64,000 nucleotides of DNA from Blepharisma stoltei ATCC 30299 (lineage: Eukaryota > Protista > Ciliophora). The first letter of the stretch is position 1, and each line of letters begins with the position of its first letter. The stretch spans positions 186,001-250,000 of the forward strand of contig CBFDEM010000063.1 of NCBI GenBank assembly GCA_965603825.1. The letters are read 5' to 3'. Below, piece after piece: positions 11,218 through 26,474 of the stretch. A program made the position numbers and the translations under genes. Under the pieces are notes generated by a model that ran no database searches, was not told the DNA's origin, and saw only the letters and a program-made list of their open reading frames with translations.

Positions 11218-14200
11218 TTATGAGTATTTAAGCATGTCTTTTTTCTTTTCTAATGCTTCCTGTCTTTTCAGTCCTTTCTTTCTTTTATTTAGCATTTCTT
11301 GTCTCCACCTGAAGTTCCATTTCTTTTGTAATTTGATTTCAATTTTCTTATTTTTTGGAATAATTACATTTTTCCATACATTTAGTCGCTTAATTGATGC
11401 CTCAACTTCATGAATTGATTTTTCTACTATATCAATTGAGTCTAAATCTGGCGAAACGATAAAAGTACTAATATTGCAAAAAACTGATAAAAGCCAATTC
11501 ATTTGTTTTAGCAAATAATGGAAATCTAGAGGTTTTTTTAAGCTTTCTTTATAAATGCATTCACTGATTTCTGTTTGGAATTTTTCAATGGTAGAGATAA
11601 TGGTTGAATAATTTTTTGATTTTTCCCAGTCTGCTTTAAGTGCTTGGATATCCTTAGCTCTCGAAGATAAGGAAGAAAATAAAACTAGCTGTGGGATAGA
11701 AAAATTTGGTAGTTTTTTTCTGTGTGCTTTTAGTTTTCTGATTTTATAGACTTTATCATGATGGAGCGCAAAAAGCTTGACTTCGGATATCCAAGAAGTG
11801 TTATGTTTTACCAAATTTTCTTCTTCGCTTATCATTTCTTGATGAGTAACCAGAATTTCGCCATCTTTTGGAGGTAAAGTCAAATTAATAGCTTGATATT
11901 CTTCAAGAGATTCAAAGCTGGCTATTTCCACTATTTCTTGAATATCACTGGTTATTCCTATGAGTTCGAATTCTCTATTTAATTGCATTTTCATCATTGA
12001 CTCAAATAAATAGTTTGGAGACCCATAACGAACGAGAATAGGCAAAAATTCATAGATCCTTGAGCCTAATTTTTTTTTAGATTTTGCATTTGTATCAGAT
12101 TTATTAATTTCGCTTAAAGTCTTTACTGTTCATTCAAAAATATTAGCAGCAATCGAAGATCTTTTCCCTTTACTAATCCCTTTTATAATTGCTTCTTTGT
12201 GCTTCACTTCTGTATTTTTAGGAAAATACTTATTATGGATTTTAGACAATTTTACAGGTTTACCCAAAGAAATAGCCCAGCAGACCACAGCTTTTTCAAT
12301 TATTTTGATGACTTTTCCGATTTTCATTTCAAAGAATTGGGCATCTAATAAAGATAAAATTGATGTCGAAATGTCTTCAAAGGCTCCTTGCTCGAAATAG
12401 AAGTCAATATCCAAATATGCGACAGTATACTGATAAAATGAATGATTTTTAAAAACTTTTTCATTAGAAGATGATATAATTGGCTTAACTCTTTGTTTTA
12501 GCATCTCATGGAAATATGAAGAATATCCTGAGAGTTTGCAGAGCTCATATGAAATTTGCAGTTCTTCTACAATCTCAGCTGAATCATGAGATTTTTCTGA
12601 TAATTCCATCAATATCTGTGCTTGATTAAGCAGTGCATGTTTCGCTATTTTTGTTATCTTGATTTCATTCTTTGGCATAAATGAGCATTTTTCAATAATT
12701 AAATTCAGCACACTATCTTTATTTTCTACAGAGTTTTCTTTATATATTTGGATCTCATTTTCTAGAAATGCTATTTCTTTTTTATTTTGTTCTTTAATAA
12801 AATTCAGTGATTCTTTGTCTCCTTCAGCAACACTAAGGATTTTCTCCAGCCTTTTCTTATACTTTATGTGTTCTTTATATTCATTAGACTCTTTTAAGAA
12901 CGTTGATGATAAACTTTCAAGCTTGTAAGGATTCCCATCAATATGGGAATTAATGAAGTCAATCATCCACAACTCTCCATGCCTATTTGATAATTCAGAT
13001 ATTGAAGCAAGCTGTGACTTAGGGTGAATATTTCTAACTTTTATTATAGAAATAAGCGAGTTAACAACTTCTTTAGAAAATGCATAGGCAATGCTTTTTA
13101 TAGGGAGAATTAAAAATTGTCCTTCAATGTCGACAACATATACTTTTTCAATATCTGAAACATTGATTGTTTTCAGCAAAATATTGCTTTTATGAAGCAA
13201 TGCGTGTGATAAGTGAGGAAATACCATTGTCACTGGGGCTGAAATTAACTGGCGGATCCCAAGTGGTGCTAGTATTGCAAACACCAAGGTTGAGTAATGG
13301 GAGTCAAGAATTTGATAATTTGAGCTTAGCAATTTTACAATCATACTTGACACCACCAAAATTTCTTGGAAGTCTTTATATGATAAATTTTGCAAGAAAG
13401 ATTTTAGTGCAGGCTGATAGGCAGATCCAATCAATAATTGAGTAAAAAATGACAGGGCATCCCAAGCTCTCAATTCACTCATAGCTGTTTTAAAAGCTTT
13501 ACCTTGTAGCACATCTTTAATCAATCCAATGCATTGTCTCAAGTAATTCATGAATAAAGACTCATCCTTTTTATTTATAAATTTCCACAAAATTTCATTA
13601 AACACAAAATACTCAGGGAAGCTCGGCATTTTTCCTAAAGAAGCGGCAGAGTTGAATTTTTGAGTAACAAAATGGAGAGCATTAAGATTGCAAACAACTG
13701 AATCTAAAGCAATTTTTGCAGCTTTGACTTCTTCTTCATTAGAAGGAGTAACGAAAGGAAGTCACGCAAAGTTTTCTTCATTAATTATCCCCAAATTATC
13801 AGGGTTTTCAAATGTTAAATAAATATGTTTGAAATTTTTATAATCCATAAATGAAGATGTCACTGCTAAAGAGTTTTCTTTATCCATGATATACACAGTT
13901 TTCTTCCAGTATCCTAACAAAATCAGCCCTCTGAATGACTCAATTCCAAGATTTCGCCCATCAAAAAACCTTTTCAGTGACAAATATTCAGGATTAATCA
14001 TTTCTAATACATTATGAATAGCTGTATAAGCAATCATTGCTCTTTGGTATTGTGCATTCATAAAAAACGGCCTGCTTATGTCGTGGGGCTTTAATATGGA
14101 ATTATTGGAATACTTAAAAGCTAATGAAACCACATACCTGCCTATCCTTCCTTCTAAATGATATCTATTGCAGACAAAAAGACACATTTTATACATCCCG

Positions 14201-17200
14201 AATTCTTCTAAAGTATCCAATATAATTCCTAATAACTCAGGAGAAATTTCATCAAGGTCAATTAAGGATGCCAATTCCCATGACTCAGCGATTTCTTGGG
14301 TGCTTACAAGAGACTCTGCTGATTTAAAGTCTTTTAGAAATGAAGACACATCTGTAGAAAACATGCTGACGTATTCAATTATTTTTCGCATGGCTTGATC
14401 TTCAATGAAAATGTCAGTTTTGGTATTAATTAGTTTTCCACCTTGATTGAGAGCTGCGGCGTGGACATTGTCGATAATTGAATAATCGGAAAGGACTGTG
14501 CCTTCTTTATTGATGGTGGACCCCAAAGAATCTATGACAGAGCCTGAGTCTGATTGAAGCCATTCGTCTTCAGGGTCAATGTCTTGGAGAACTTCATATA
14601 TTTGGTCATCATCTTTTATTATGCTGAAACTGTCCGCCGAAGAGGATTCTAATAAGCTAAAGGATGCAGCAGATTCTTGGATTAATGAAAAAGATTCTTC
14701 TGGCTGTAAAGCTTTAGATGGAGGCTCCTCTTTTTCTTCTTCGCTTTCTTCTGCCTTTTCTTTTTCCTCTGGAATAATATTTTTATCCTCTTCTACAATT
14801 CTGTTAATATATTGTGTGTCTTTATCCGCAGTTGGTAGAACCTTTGGAATTAAGGTTTCTAAAGCTACAGGGACATATTTCTTGATAAATTTCTTTCTTT
14901 CTTCATCTGTCATGTTATTTCTACATTTATATATGCAATGCACCAATTTATCCCATTTTCTGCCGCATCTATAAGCATCTATAGCTCTTATATATTCAAA
15001 TTTCTCTGCAAATAAATCACCTGCAGATTCATAAAGTCCACAAGCTAAAAATGCTTCTGCGGCCTGATTATTGAGCCCAATGCTTTGGAAAATATCAGCT
15101 GCCTTTTCATTTTCTTTTGCTGAGGCGAAACATCTTGCAGCTTCCTTTAGCATAATTCTCTTTTCATTTTCATCAATTTCAGAGAGGCTTAAAAATTCAT
15201 TTCCAGCTGAAATAAAATCATTTCTTGCCTTTTCTAGTATTTCTCTGCGTTGTTTCTTTGAACTCTTACTACTATTTCAAGCTACTGAATTTTTTCCTTC
15301 TACAGCAACAAGAAGTTCAGAGGCCTGGGTAGCTTTAAGATAAGCCAAAGCTTTTCGCTCTAATATAATATCATCAGCAGCTCTGAAACACTTGGCAGCT
15401 TGTTCATAGAACTGATGGGACATCATTCTAAGCCCTTGCTCTGTCCATTCTTCTTTAGTAGACGATTTTGCAAAAGTTTGGAATAATGAGCCCTGTAGCT
15501 CTTCTGATGTTTGGAATGAAGAAGATCCTATTTTCTGCCAGAAACTTTGCATTTTGTCCCTTATTTCTGGCTTGTCATCATAAATAATCAGTCTGACTTT
15601 TGGCCTTGTGATGGCTACATATAATTGTTTTAGTTCAGTGCACAATAGTGAATATTTTTTTATATCTATGACCTTGCTGCATGATAACTTAGGGGTTTGG
15701 TTTTCTAGGTCTTCTAAACTACTTGGCTTATAATTAGGGTCATCTTGAATTTTTCCAATATAGTCTAAAGCTTTTCAATTTTTTATTGGCATTTCAGAAT
15801 CAGTAAAGAAATTATAGAGAATTACATCGTCAAACTCTAGCCCTTTGGCTTCATAAACAGTCAAACACAGAGCTGATTTAAGCGATCTGTGAAGCTTCAA
15901 TTTGGATTCTTGATTTCTCACAATAATAACTTGGTTGCAGCCGAATTGGATATTTGAAGCTTGAGAATTTTCATTACTGGTAAATAAAAAATTCAATAAA
16001 TCATCTGGGCTGCCACTGTTTATGATAATAGGATGAGGACCATCTTTTAAGCTTTTTTCTCTCCCCATCTTATCGATAGTAGCTGGGAATAAAGTTTCTA
16101 GTAGTGCCACAACTGAATTGGCGAGTTCTAAGATTTGATTGTGAGATCTGAAATTTATAGTAAGCTGTATTACTTTAGGAGGGTTGATAGCAGACTCATA
16201 ATACAAACTTTTTAAGTCGCAAAACCTGAAGCCAACACCTTTGGCTATTGTTTGTGCAGTATCTCCTGAAAAAAATAATTTCTGGCCTGTAACCTCAAGC
16301 AGCAAAGTAAGTGTTGCAGATGTCAAATCTTGGACCTCATCAACCATCATATAATGGATTGGAATTCCTTTATACCCATGGTAATGAATTTCACACAAAA
16401 TATAGTTTACTATGTCCTGAAAATCATAGCAGTAGGATTCTCTTTTCATCGTTTCATAAGCAATGAAAGCTTTGTATATTTCTATTTTTTCTTCTTTTGT
16501 TAGATTTGATGATTTTTTACTTGCAAGAAGATATTCATCTAATGTGAGGTAAAAGTTTCTAGATAAGTACGACTTTGGGCTTCCTTTGATATAAGCTGAA
16601 AATTCTGTCCATAAGACCAATGGTGAAAATTTACCTCGCCATGACAAATTTGGCCAAAAACTTTCAGAAAAATCTTTAAAATCAACTTCCCGGCTTCTCA
16701 GATGTTGTTGATAATAAGATTCTGGCATATAATTTTTTTTGCTTTCTTCGACAAGAAGGTCTTCATCAGAATCTGAGTCATCACTCATAAATTCAGACTG
16801 CTCCCTTTTTTTCTTTTTATAGGCTTTTCCAATTTCAAGCGCACCCATCAGTTCATTATGCCACTCAAAATTTGAAGAAGATCCTATCACTCTTCCATTT
16901 TTGTCCCTCGAAAAAAACGGTCTGTCTAAGCTTCCGTCAATCATTAAAACTAGTTTCCTAATAGTAACGAATAATGGAAAATCGTTATCTGTAAGCAATT
17001 TCATAGAATGTGGGCCTGAAGTTATTTCTTCTTCTATTTCTTCAGCCTGTGAAAGTTCAGAGACTTGCCTTTCTAACTTGATTTCTTCTACTTTTTCTTC
17101 TTCAAGATCTGGCTTTGCTGCTCTCTCTTTGGCCTCTAAGCCATTTTTGATTAGTTTATTGAGTTTGCTATAATAAATCTTAACTTCATTTGTAAGGACT

Positions 17201-18456
17201 GGAGAGGCAGTGACAAAAATGAAATGTAGAGATGAAGGCTTATCTACATCTTCTGCTCTCAGCTTTTTCTTTTTTAGCATTTTATATCTAAAAAGAATTT
17301 CAGCTGAAAACATACGTAGCAGTGAGCAAGTGGTTTTTCCTGTTCCAGACCTTCCTATAGCAAGAACATTTCCTGGAGTGCTGATAAGTTCTAGTTCTTC
17401 TTCTGTCAGCTTTAAAGCCATGTTAGGAAGAGTCTTCAGAAGTCTAATGAAGTCCTTTCCGCTATTTTCTTCACTTAGATTTTTGACTAAGTTATTTTTA
17501 AAATTTTCATTTTTCTCTCGATTCTCCAAAATAGCTCGGTCCTTTCATACCCATCTTCCTGTACTTGCATCAAACTGTATACTTGCTGATTCCTCTTCAG
17601 TCAAAAACATTTGTGGGATTATTAATGGATATCATTTATCTGTAGCATATCTTAATTGATTAGAAATACTTAAGTCTCCAACCCATTCAGAATATTCAAT
17701 CCATTTGTCAGGGTCCTCACTGATTTCGTCTGAGAATTTCTCTATCAATTCAAGTGTACCATAATCGCTGTCAATAATTTCAATTAGTTTGATATAGTGC
17801 TCATGTGAATACTCAACAACTTTACCATTTTTGACAATTGGAATTCTCTCAATCAAGCATGCACCAACTCCATGCCACTCGATGTCATAATAACCATAAT
17901 TCACATTATAAAATGGAAATGAAAAATATACCATTCCAATACAAGGGCCATTTTTCAAGATTCGGCAATTATAATCATCAGATATATACCCAAGGCTAAA
18001 CTCGATCATTTTCTTTAGTAGCGTACTTTTCATATCTTTAGAAAAATCCTTGAATCTCAATAAAGCTCTTTCAGAAATTCGAAATCTCCAAGGGATCTGG
18101 TTAATGTCTTTGAAGATATCACGAGATTTTCAGAACTCAGCTCTCATTTTTAGATCTGTGATGTTTTGTGGTTTCCAGAATGAGATTTCGCCTGTGAAGC
18201 GGTCTTTTTCGTATTTCTCGATCTCATACTTAAGATAGGTTGTCCAAATTTCGAGAGGGTCATCCATAATTTCTTTGTAATTAATTGGCATATACGAGCT
18301 AAAATCATGGTACATCTGCCATAGGTTGTTGATCATCTTACTATATACCTCGTTAACATGGCCTACAATGATGCCTTTAATGTTAGAATAAGCCATAGTA
18401 TCTTGGCCAAGGACAGTATTGGTTTGCTTTTTCTTGAACTTTTTAGAGGCTTCCAT
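11218..18456 (-). CDS. TRANK1/LBA1-like UvrD (SF1) helicase with TPR region, 2412 aa
   Basis: Seven track ORFs share one frame and are separated only by TGA (12130, 13762, 15277, 15775, 17545, 17632, 18130). GRSGTGKT, VDEVQD, GDTAQ, LTINFRSH, TVYEAKGLEFDDV, LYVAITR, then TPR-like YEQAAKCF/AARCF repeats. First ATG at 18456. Confidence 0.88.
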
Positions 18457-18566
18457 AATATATTGTATCGGCACCGATTTATTTCTAAAAAATATGGAAA
18501 TTATTAATTAATAAAATGCAATCTGGGAATATCTAATGAAACAAAACAATAAACTAAGCAAAATAA

Positions 18567-19412
18567 TTAATCAATAAACGCTTTATAGATATCATTAATT
18601 TGTTCAGGCGATAGCTCAAATTTTTCAAGAAGGAGCCTTAATTTCTGCCCATAAGTGATTCCTCTTTTCCAAACTCTGGATGGGTTGATTGATTTATTGA
18701 GGTGTTTATAAGTCTGAATCAATTTCAAAGCTCTTTTTATTGCATCCTGGCTAAGCGGAGTCTGCAAGTAAGAGTACCTAATAGAAAACGCAGGATGATG
18801 CCCTACTCGCTTGAGTTGCTCATTATTGACTTGTACATTGAAAAGCGATAAAATCCCTTCAATTTTTGAAGTAGATAGATAAGGAGTAATAATGCAGCCA
18901 ATAAACATGCTCTCTGAAGCTTTCTGATAGCTTAGCTGATTATCAATATCCAGTCGAGATGGGTCAGGATCAAAAGTTGGGTGAGAATGATATCACCCAA
19001 CGATGTTCAGTCCTCTTTCTTCTATTTCTGACCTAACGTTCACAGCGCTGTCAATATCCATTTCCACATTTATGCGACCGTTTTCATGGTCAATTTCTTT
19101 CACTGGGTAGGCGGACTCGATTTCGAGTGAGCCATCAGTGAGTTTTCCAGCCATTCAGCCAATAATTTCATGGTGATATAGATGGGCATGCAAGGACATC
19201 ATGAAGTAGGCTTCTTTGTGAATTGTTACGGAGATCATTGATGAGGATGCAGCAATAAGAGGAACTAGTTCATGTAAACTTTGAGTCCTTGTGAGTTTTG
19301 GGAATCGGGGCTTTCTAACTCGTTTTGCTGGTAAAATTTCTGTTTGTGAAGTTGGCGCCTTGGTATCAGTCAAGTTTTCTGATTGATGCTTTTCAGAGGG
19401 AAAGTCTTGCAT
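18567..19412 (-). CDS. MPN/JAMM metalloprotease-domain protein (MPND/MYSM1-like)
   Basis: HAHL..HEIIG-W(TGA 19155)-MAG...IVG-W(TGA 18993)-YHSHPTFDPDPSRLDIDNQ: a complete JAMM motif. Confidence 0.88.
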
Positions 19413-19632
19413 ATTGATATTTATTCTATTTAAATTATTAGAAACGAAGCAGATATTGATATAAAGTGAAGAATATAGCTTTATTAAATATTCCTGTAGC
19501 AGCTTTCAGAGGAGCCTAGATAGCGCACATTGATAAGCATCAACTCAAATAAATCGAATTTTGCCTCGAATCTAATGAAAAATAAGCTAACAAACTGGTA
19601 TGATATTATCAGTGATCAATAAATAATCCAAG

Positions 19633-20515
19633 ATGAAATATAAAATGGAATCTATGATAGGAAGAAGAAGTTGCAGAAAAATATCAAACTCTAGAAAGGT
19701 TCTCACACTTAGTTATGGGAATTTATGGGATTTACTGAGTTCTCAGTTTTATTTTTTGATTTTGACCTATCATAATTTACTATTGCATACTTTCCATATG
19801 CATCAGCTCATTTAGTGCTATGCTTATTGCTGTATTATATTGATAAAACACCGCAAAGCTCAAGCCAATATTTTCGATTGCATTTTCAAAGTACAATTGT
19901 ACAATATGGTGACTCACGGGATGAGTGACTATTGATTGCACTATTATCATTCTCCTTTATAACCACTGTGAATGGCATTTAATACCAAGTGCTTGAATCA
20001 AAGATTTAGTTTTACTTAAGCAAATTTGCAAGGCTTTTAAATTGTAACATTGATGAAATGATTGGCAAGCTGTCAAAAATTGAATAATGCCAAGGCAAAA
20101 AATACTCTCATATGTCAGATCCCAATTTATTGATTGATGATATTTATATGATAAGAAATTTTCAGATAAATCAAGAAATTTTACTGGATTAAGCAAACAT
20201 TTGTAATGGAGAGGTCAAAAAGTATTGTGGGAGAATAGTGAAGCCAATTGGTAACAGTAAGGGATTCAAATCATCTGATTGAGCTAGAACAGACAATATC
20301 TGATAATAAACTGAAAAATATTCTACTGAGATCTGCTTCAAATGCCGATAAATGCAATATCCTTTCTTTCATGGTTACTATTAGAAGAAAATGATATTAA
20401 AAACAATGCAAAATACAGCGAAAGGCTCGATATATATTCTGTTCCATCTAAATTACTCATATCGCTTATCAATGATTTATTGGATTATTCAAGAATTCTT
20501 GCTGAAGTTTTATCA
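19633..20515 (+). pseudogene. Degenerate hybrid histidine kinase (N-terminal TM region to HisKA; frameshifts, stops, internal deletion)
   Basis: Remnants W*EEEVAEKYQTLERF, ELEQTISDNKLKNILLRSAS and KLLISLINDLLDYSRILA match the intact neighbours but lie in broken frames. Confidence 0.8.
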
Positions 20516-21158
20516 ATATAGCTCTTAAAAGCAGATCAATTTCATAGTGCCTTACCGGTTGCTTCACTTTTAATAAAAAATAAACTGGGTATTAAAAAAC
20601 AAAATAATCAGCTCTCATCCCCTATTTGATTGCTAAGTAATTTATTTTGTTGGATTTCGATACATTGAATATTTTCATGACTCCCGATAGAAAATCATAT
20701 CGATAAATTTTTGCTAAATTTATATTAATGATATTATAAATTTATCAAAGAATTTTCAAGATTTCTTAAAATAAGATTCAAACAAACGAGCTGAGAATTT
20801 TCAATTGTATAGTAATTAATAATATAATAAAAATCAGGATGAAGCCAAATTTTATTTTCTGTTAAGTTATTCATAAATTTTTAATAATCTTTTATTCAGA
20901 TAAATTCATTAATTATTGTTTTTCGTCCCATTTAATTGAATCTATTGATATTAACGCCAATAAGCTTAACAATTATAAATTTTTATTTTATTTTTAATAA
21001 AACTGTATAGGCTAAACAGTGATTATTAAGTGAGTCTCCATAATAGTTTATTCAGAGCATATTAAATTAAAACATAGATCCCTAAAATCAAGCTCATAAT
21101 TAATATTAATTTTATTTTTTGCTCAATTTTTATCGATTACTGGCGATAAATCAATATA

Positions 21159-23324
21159 ATGGATAAATTGAGAAGTGCCTGGTGGGAAGAAGAGATAGTA
21201 GAAAACTACAACATTCTAAAAAAATTTAATTACCGGCGACTTAAACTTTCGATCACATCATTGTGCTTGTTTTCAATGGGATATTTTATCCTCAGTTTTA
21301 AATGCTGAAATTTCGTAATGCTAACTTTTCAAATGACTTTTATGCAGCTACTTATATATTTTTTAGTGTTGTTTTTCGAAAGAAGAGGGGTTTTTGCTAA
21401 AACTATATTTGCAATCGTACTTTCTGAGTATAATTGTTTTGTTTGGTGGTTAATGGGAAGAAGCCAATATAGATCTGCAAAATTATTATTATCAAATGTA
21501 TCGCTTTCATACACAAATATTTTTGAATGGCCTTTCATTAGGAATCCTTATTTAAGGGTAATTATAATGGTAAAGCACATACTTTTCTGGCATTATTCCA
21601 GCTATTTTGAGTGAGAAGAGACTGAGAAAGAGCAGCTTATGCCTCACCTGATATCCTTTTTATTAATATGGCTATCTGACTTATACCATAGAAATATCAA
21701 GGCGAACTCTTATGAAAGGTTTTTGTCAAGAAAACATCTTGAAAGTGCAGAAAAAAGGCTGAGTGTCATTTTCAATTTATTTCCTGATGGAATTTTAATT
21801 ATTTCTGGAGAAAAAGAAATTTTATATGTAAATGCTATCATAACTAGATATTTAAATTGTGAAAAATGACAAATAATGGAAACTTTATCATCAATTGAAT
21901 ATTGCCAAGGGAAAAAATACTCACTTTTATCAGATTCTAACAAATTAATCGATGATATCCACCTAGTTACAAGCTTGGAGCTCAACCAGCAGGTGCTGCT
22001 TGGACTAAGCCAAACTGAAACATCAAATTTGGAATGGAGAGCACAAAAAGTACAGTGAGATGACCAAGAAGCTACTTTATTGACAGTTAGAAATGCAAAT
22101 CACATCATAAACTTGGAGCAGTCAATCTCAGACAACAAACTGAAAAACGTACTGCTGAGATCTGTATCTCACGAATTGAGAACTCCTATAAATGCAATTA
22201 TTTCTATGTCTGAATCATTAAAAACAGAGCCAGAAGTATCTGGAAATGAGAGTTTTAAGGAGAAATTGGCCATTGTCTTTGTTTCTTCAAAGCTGCTGCT
22301 TTCTTTGGTGAATGATTTATTGGATTATTCAAGAATATTAGCTGGAGCTTTTTCCATTCAAAAAAGCAAATGCTTATTAAGAAGTATAGTCTATGACTCT
22401 GTCAATTTGGTAAAGATCCAAGCTGAGAAAAAAGGACTAAAAATACTTACAAGGATTGACTCGAATCTCCCTGCATATATTTATACAGACCCTTTAAGAC
22501 TGAGCCAAATGCTGCTCAACCTCCTCAGCAACGCTTTGAAGTTCACTCTTAAAGGATGAATTGAAGTGTGCTGTGTATTAGTTTCCAAAGGAAAGCTCAA
22601 AATAATTGTTAATGACACTGGCATTGGCATTGAAGAAGGCAAGCTCTCCACGATCTTCAAAGAATTTAGCACTCAATTAAGCGCAACAATAAATCCATCA
22701 GGTTGTGGACTCGGATTATTCATTTCGAACGCAATTTCAAAGGAGCTCGGCTCTCAGCCAATAGAAGTCCGTTCAGAACTTCAAAAAGGATCCTCATTTA
22801 GCTTCTCAGTTGACATAGGTGAAGAGCCTGCATCTGAAGAACCTTTGTTTGAAGAGTTTAATACACCTATAGTTTCTGAAGATCTTCCTTTATTCCAAGT
22901 CAAAGATTTCAGTAAGCTTATTGAAAAAGAATTCCCAAAGGTCTTAATTGTCGATGATAACGATTTTAATAGAATTGCTGTTGGAACTTTGCTGCTTCAT
23001 TATGGGATTTTGTTCACTGAGTGCTGCACTGGAAAAGAAGCTATAGCAGCAGTAGAAGTGAGTGACAAAAAAAAGAAGCCGTACAAGCTGATTATTATGG
23101 ATGGAAGCATGCCTGAACTAAATGGCTGAGATGCAGCCAAAATTATACATCAATTATACTTTGATGGCAAAATTGAAGTCCTGCCAATAATTATTGGATA
23201 CACTGCGTTTAGTTCAGAAGAAGAGCTGAATTTGTGCACAACTTCTGGGATGAAAGAATGTCTGATTAAACCTTGCAATCCTGAAGTTTTGATTGGTAAG
23301 GTTTTGCACTATTTGTCGACATAA
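21159..23324 (+). CDS. Membrane hybrid histidine kinase HK1 (multi-TM, PAS-like, HisKA, HATPase, receiver), 721 aa
   Basis: One frame with six TGA=W. SHELRTP, NLLSNALKFT, DTGIGI, GCGLGL, VDDN, IMDGSMP, LIKP; stop TAA 23322-23324. Confidence 0.92.
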
Positions 23325-23886
23325 ATGAAACAAAGATATAAAATGTAGTGCTGAAATATTTAAAAAATAATTGAAAAGCCCAATTAAATTTTAAAAAATG
23401 GTAATCATAGAAATTTTTAAAATAAGGCTTAGGTAAACAATTAAAAGTTATTTCAATATAACATCAACAAACTTTAAATCAGTTAAGCAATTTTAAAAAA
23501 TCAGATTTATGAATAGCTTTTTAAACATATAAGATATAATATCACTTTCTCTCCTCATTCGCAGTATCTCTCTATTAAAAATTAGGAGCAAAGTCTAGTA
23601 TTCATACTCAAAAATAAAACGTCATAATAAAAGAGTTCTAAAGTCTCAATCAAAAACAATAAATTAATTCCGTGAGCACAATTATTTTTTATCTATCTAT
23701 TAAATACAACTTAATGTCTTATATTCTCGAAATTGTTAATAAATTTTAAAATTTATTTTCTGTTTTATAAATAATTAAGTATCCATTTTAGATATAAGAC
23801 CTTTTCCAATCTTTTAAAAACTTCTTTCTAGAATTTAACTGCCCAATCTAAATCATAAAAAATTTTATTATTATTTATATATTTTT

Positions 23887-26040
23887 ATGGAAAAATTGCA
23901 AGCTATTTGGTGAGAAGAAGAAGTGAACGAAAAATATTTGATTATAAAAAGATTCAATTATTCAATTTTGTGAATGATGGGCGCTATATTGACATTTCAA
24001 CTGCTCTTTCTTTCAGAATGATACGAGATAACTGTAAAATATGCTCCTTTCAGTTTAATGCATCTGCTTATATGCTTTCTTATAAAAAAACTGGAAAATC
24101 GTAGTGTTTCTGAAAAATCAGCTTTTTCTGTAGTTCTTTCAGAATTCAATTGCGTTGTGTGGTGGAGAATGAGCAGAATCGAGTGCCGAGACTGCGAAAT
24201 TTTACTCTCAATCCTTTCTTTCACCTCTATTAACATATGTGAGTGGCCTTTCATTCAATCCAGCTTTAAAAGAAACATAGTATTATTTAAGCATCTCTTT
24301 ATCTGGCATTACTATGATTATCTTACAGGAGATATGACAATCAATCAGGATTCCTTGCCTATGATGGTTTCTGGCTTAGTTATGCTTTTATGTGAGCTAC
24401 ATTGATGGCAAGTCAGGGATGGCTCATATGCGAGGTTTCTATCAAGGAAAAAGTTTGAAAACGCTGAAAAGCGCCTAAATTTGGTCTTCAACTTATTTCC
24501 TGACGGTATATTGATAATGTCACACAATGGAAAAATTCTATATTCCAATGAAAATCTAACGAGACTTTTAAGCTGCAGTCTTAGCCAAGTTTTCGCCATG
24601 ATCTCTTCAATGGAGTACTCCCAAGGCAAAAAATACTCAGGCCTAACAAATTCAAATAGGCTCATTGACGATATTAATTTGATTCCAAGTCTTCATCTAT
24701 ACCAAGAAATTGTCTTTGGGATCTGCAAAGTTGGCCCTTCAAATTTAGAATGGAGAGGACAAAAGGTGCTATGGGAAGACCAAGAATCAATTTTATTGAC
24801 TGTTCGGGATGCGAATCAGATCATACAGCTCGAACAAACTGTTTCTGACAACAAACTCAAAAATGTCCTTCTACGATCTGTTTCACACGAATTGAGGACT
24901 CCAATAAACGCAATTGTGGCTTTGGTTGATTCTTTAAAAGAAGAAATCGAAATTGTTAGTAATGAGGACTTTAAAGAGAAGCTTGACATCATTTCTGTGT
25001 CTTCTCAGCTTTTATTGTCATTAGTGAATGATTTATTAGATTATTCAAGAATTCTTGCTGGAGTATTTTCTATTCAAAAATCAAAATTCTCGTTCAGAAA
25101 CCTAATTGGAAGCGCAATACAGCTAGTAAAAATTCAAGCTGAGAAGAAAGGACTAAAATTAATTACTCGGATAGACAAGGATCTGCCAGCTTATGTATTT
25201 ACCGATCCTTTGAGGCTAAATCAAGTGCTATTGAACCTCTTAGGCAATGCTCTGAAATTTACTCTGAAAGGCTACATTGAAATCTGTTGCTTGCTCGCCA
25301 GCAAAAATAAAGTAAAAATAATTGTTACTGACACTGGTATTGGAATCGAAGAAAGTAAAATGTCTAATTTATTTCAAGAATTTAATACCAATCACAACAG
25401 AAATTTAAATCCTTCTGGATGTGGCCTTGGCTTATTCATTTCTAACGTGATTGTCCAAGAGCTGGGGTCAAAGCCAATAGAAGTGGAGTCTAAGCTTCAT
25501 GAAGGCTCATCCTTTAGCTTTATAATCAATATTTCAGAAGAAAATTTCAATTTTGATGATTTAGAGTCTGTATTTACAGACGAAAGTATTTTAGAAAGCA
25601 CCAGTCCAATATGAGTGAAAGATTTCACTGAACTCCTGGAAAAAGAGTTCCCACAAGTTCTTATTGTCGATGACAATGATTTTAATAGATTTGCTTTGGG
25701 CACGCTTCTAAATAATAATGATATATTATTTTCAGAGGCTTGCACTGGAAGACAAGCTATCAAATGCGTAAAAGAAGCTGATGAAAGAAGCAAACCTTAT
25801 AAGCTAATTATTATGGACGGAAGTATGCCTGAGTTGGATGGGTGAGAAGCTACAAAATTAATATTTGAAATGTATTATAGAGGGGAGATTCACAGCTTCC
25901 CAATCATTGTTGGCTACACAGCTTTTAGTTCGGATTTAGAAATTTCAAAATGCATTGAAAGTGGAATGAAAGAATGCATTATTAAACCCTGCAAAGCAGA
26001 AATTCTTATTCAAAAAATCGCAAAATATTTATTTATGTAG
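23887..26040 (+). CDS. Membrane hybrid histidine kinase HK2, 717 aa
   Basis: MEKLQAIWWEEEV start homologous to HK1 and HK3; all HK and receiver motifs present; stop TAG 26038-26040. Confidence 0.92.
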
Positions 26041-26474
26041 ATATATAAAATCGTTTTAAATAAAAATTTATAATTTGAACAGGATGCAATTTTTTTCATT
26101 TGAGACGGTCTAGAAAAATCAGAATATTCCAAGAAACAAAAGATTTTGTTTACTGAAATAGACTGGATTCAAAAATAAAAAGAGCCTAATGCATTCGAAT
26201 TAAGTTAAATTTTAGTTGCGTATCTGAGCTGAGGCAAGTATCGAAATACATTTCATGCTTTTCATTATAATAAGTTTCTTATAAACTATTTTCTTATTTT
26301 TTAAATTTTCTATTATAAAAAATAAATAAAATCAACTTTCTTGTTGCTCTACTATAAGTCTTTTCAAATTTCTTCCAAGCCTGCATATTAAAATTTTAAA
26401 TAATCTGAGCAATAGATATTCTGAGAAGATTAATAATATTGACTATTTCGGATTTTTTTTTATATAATATATAA

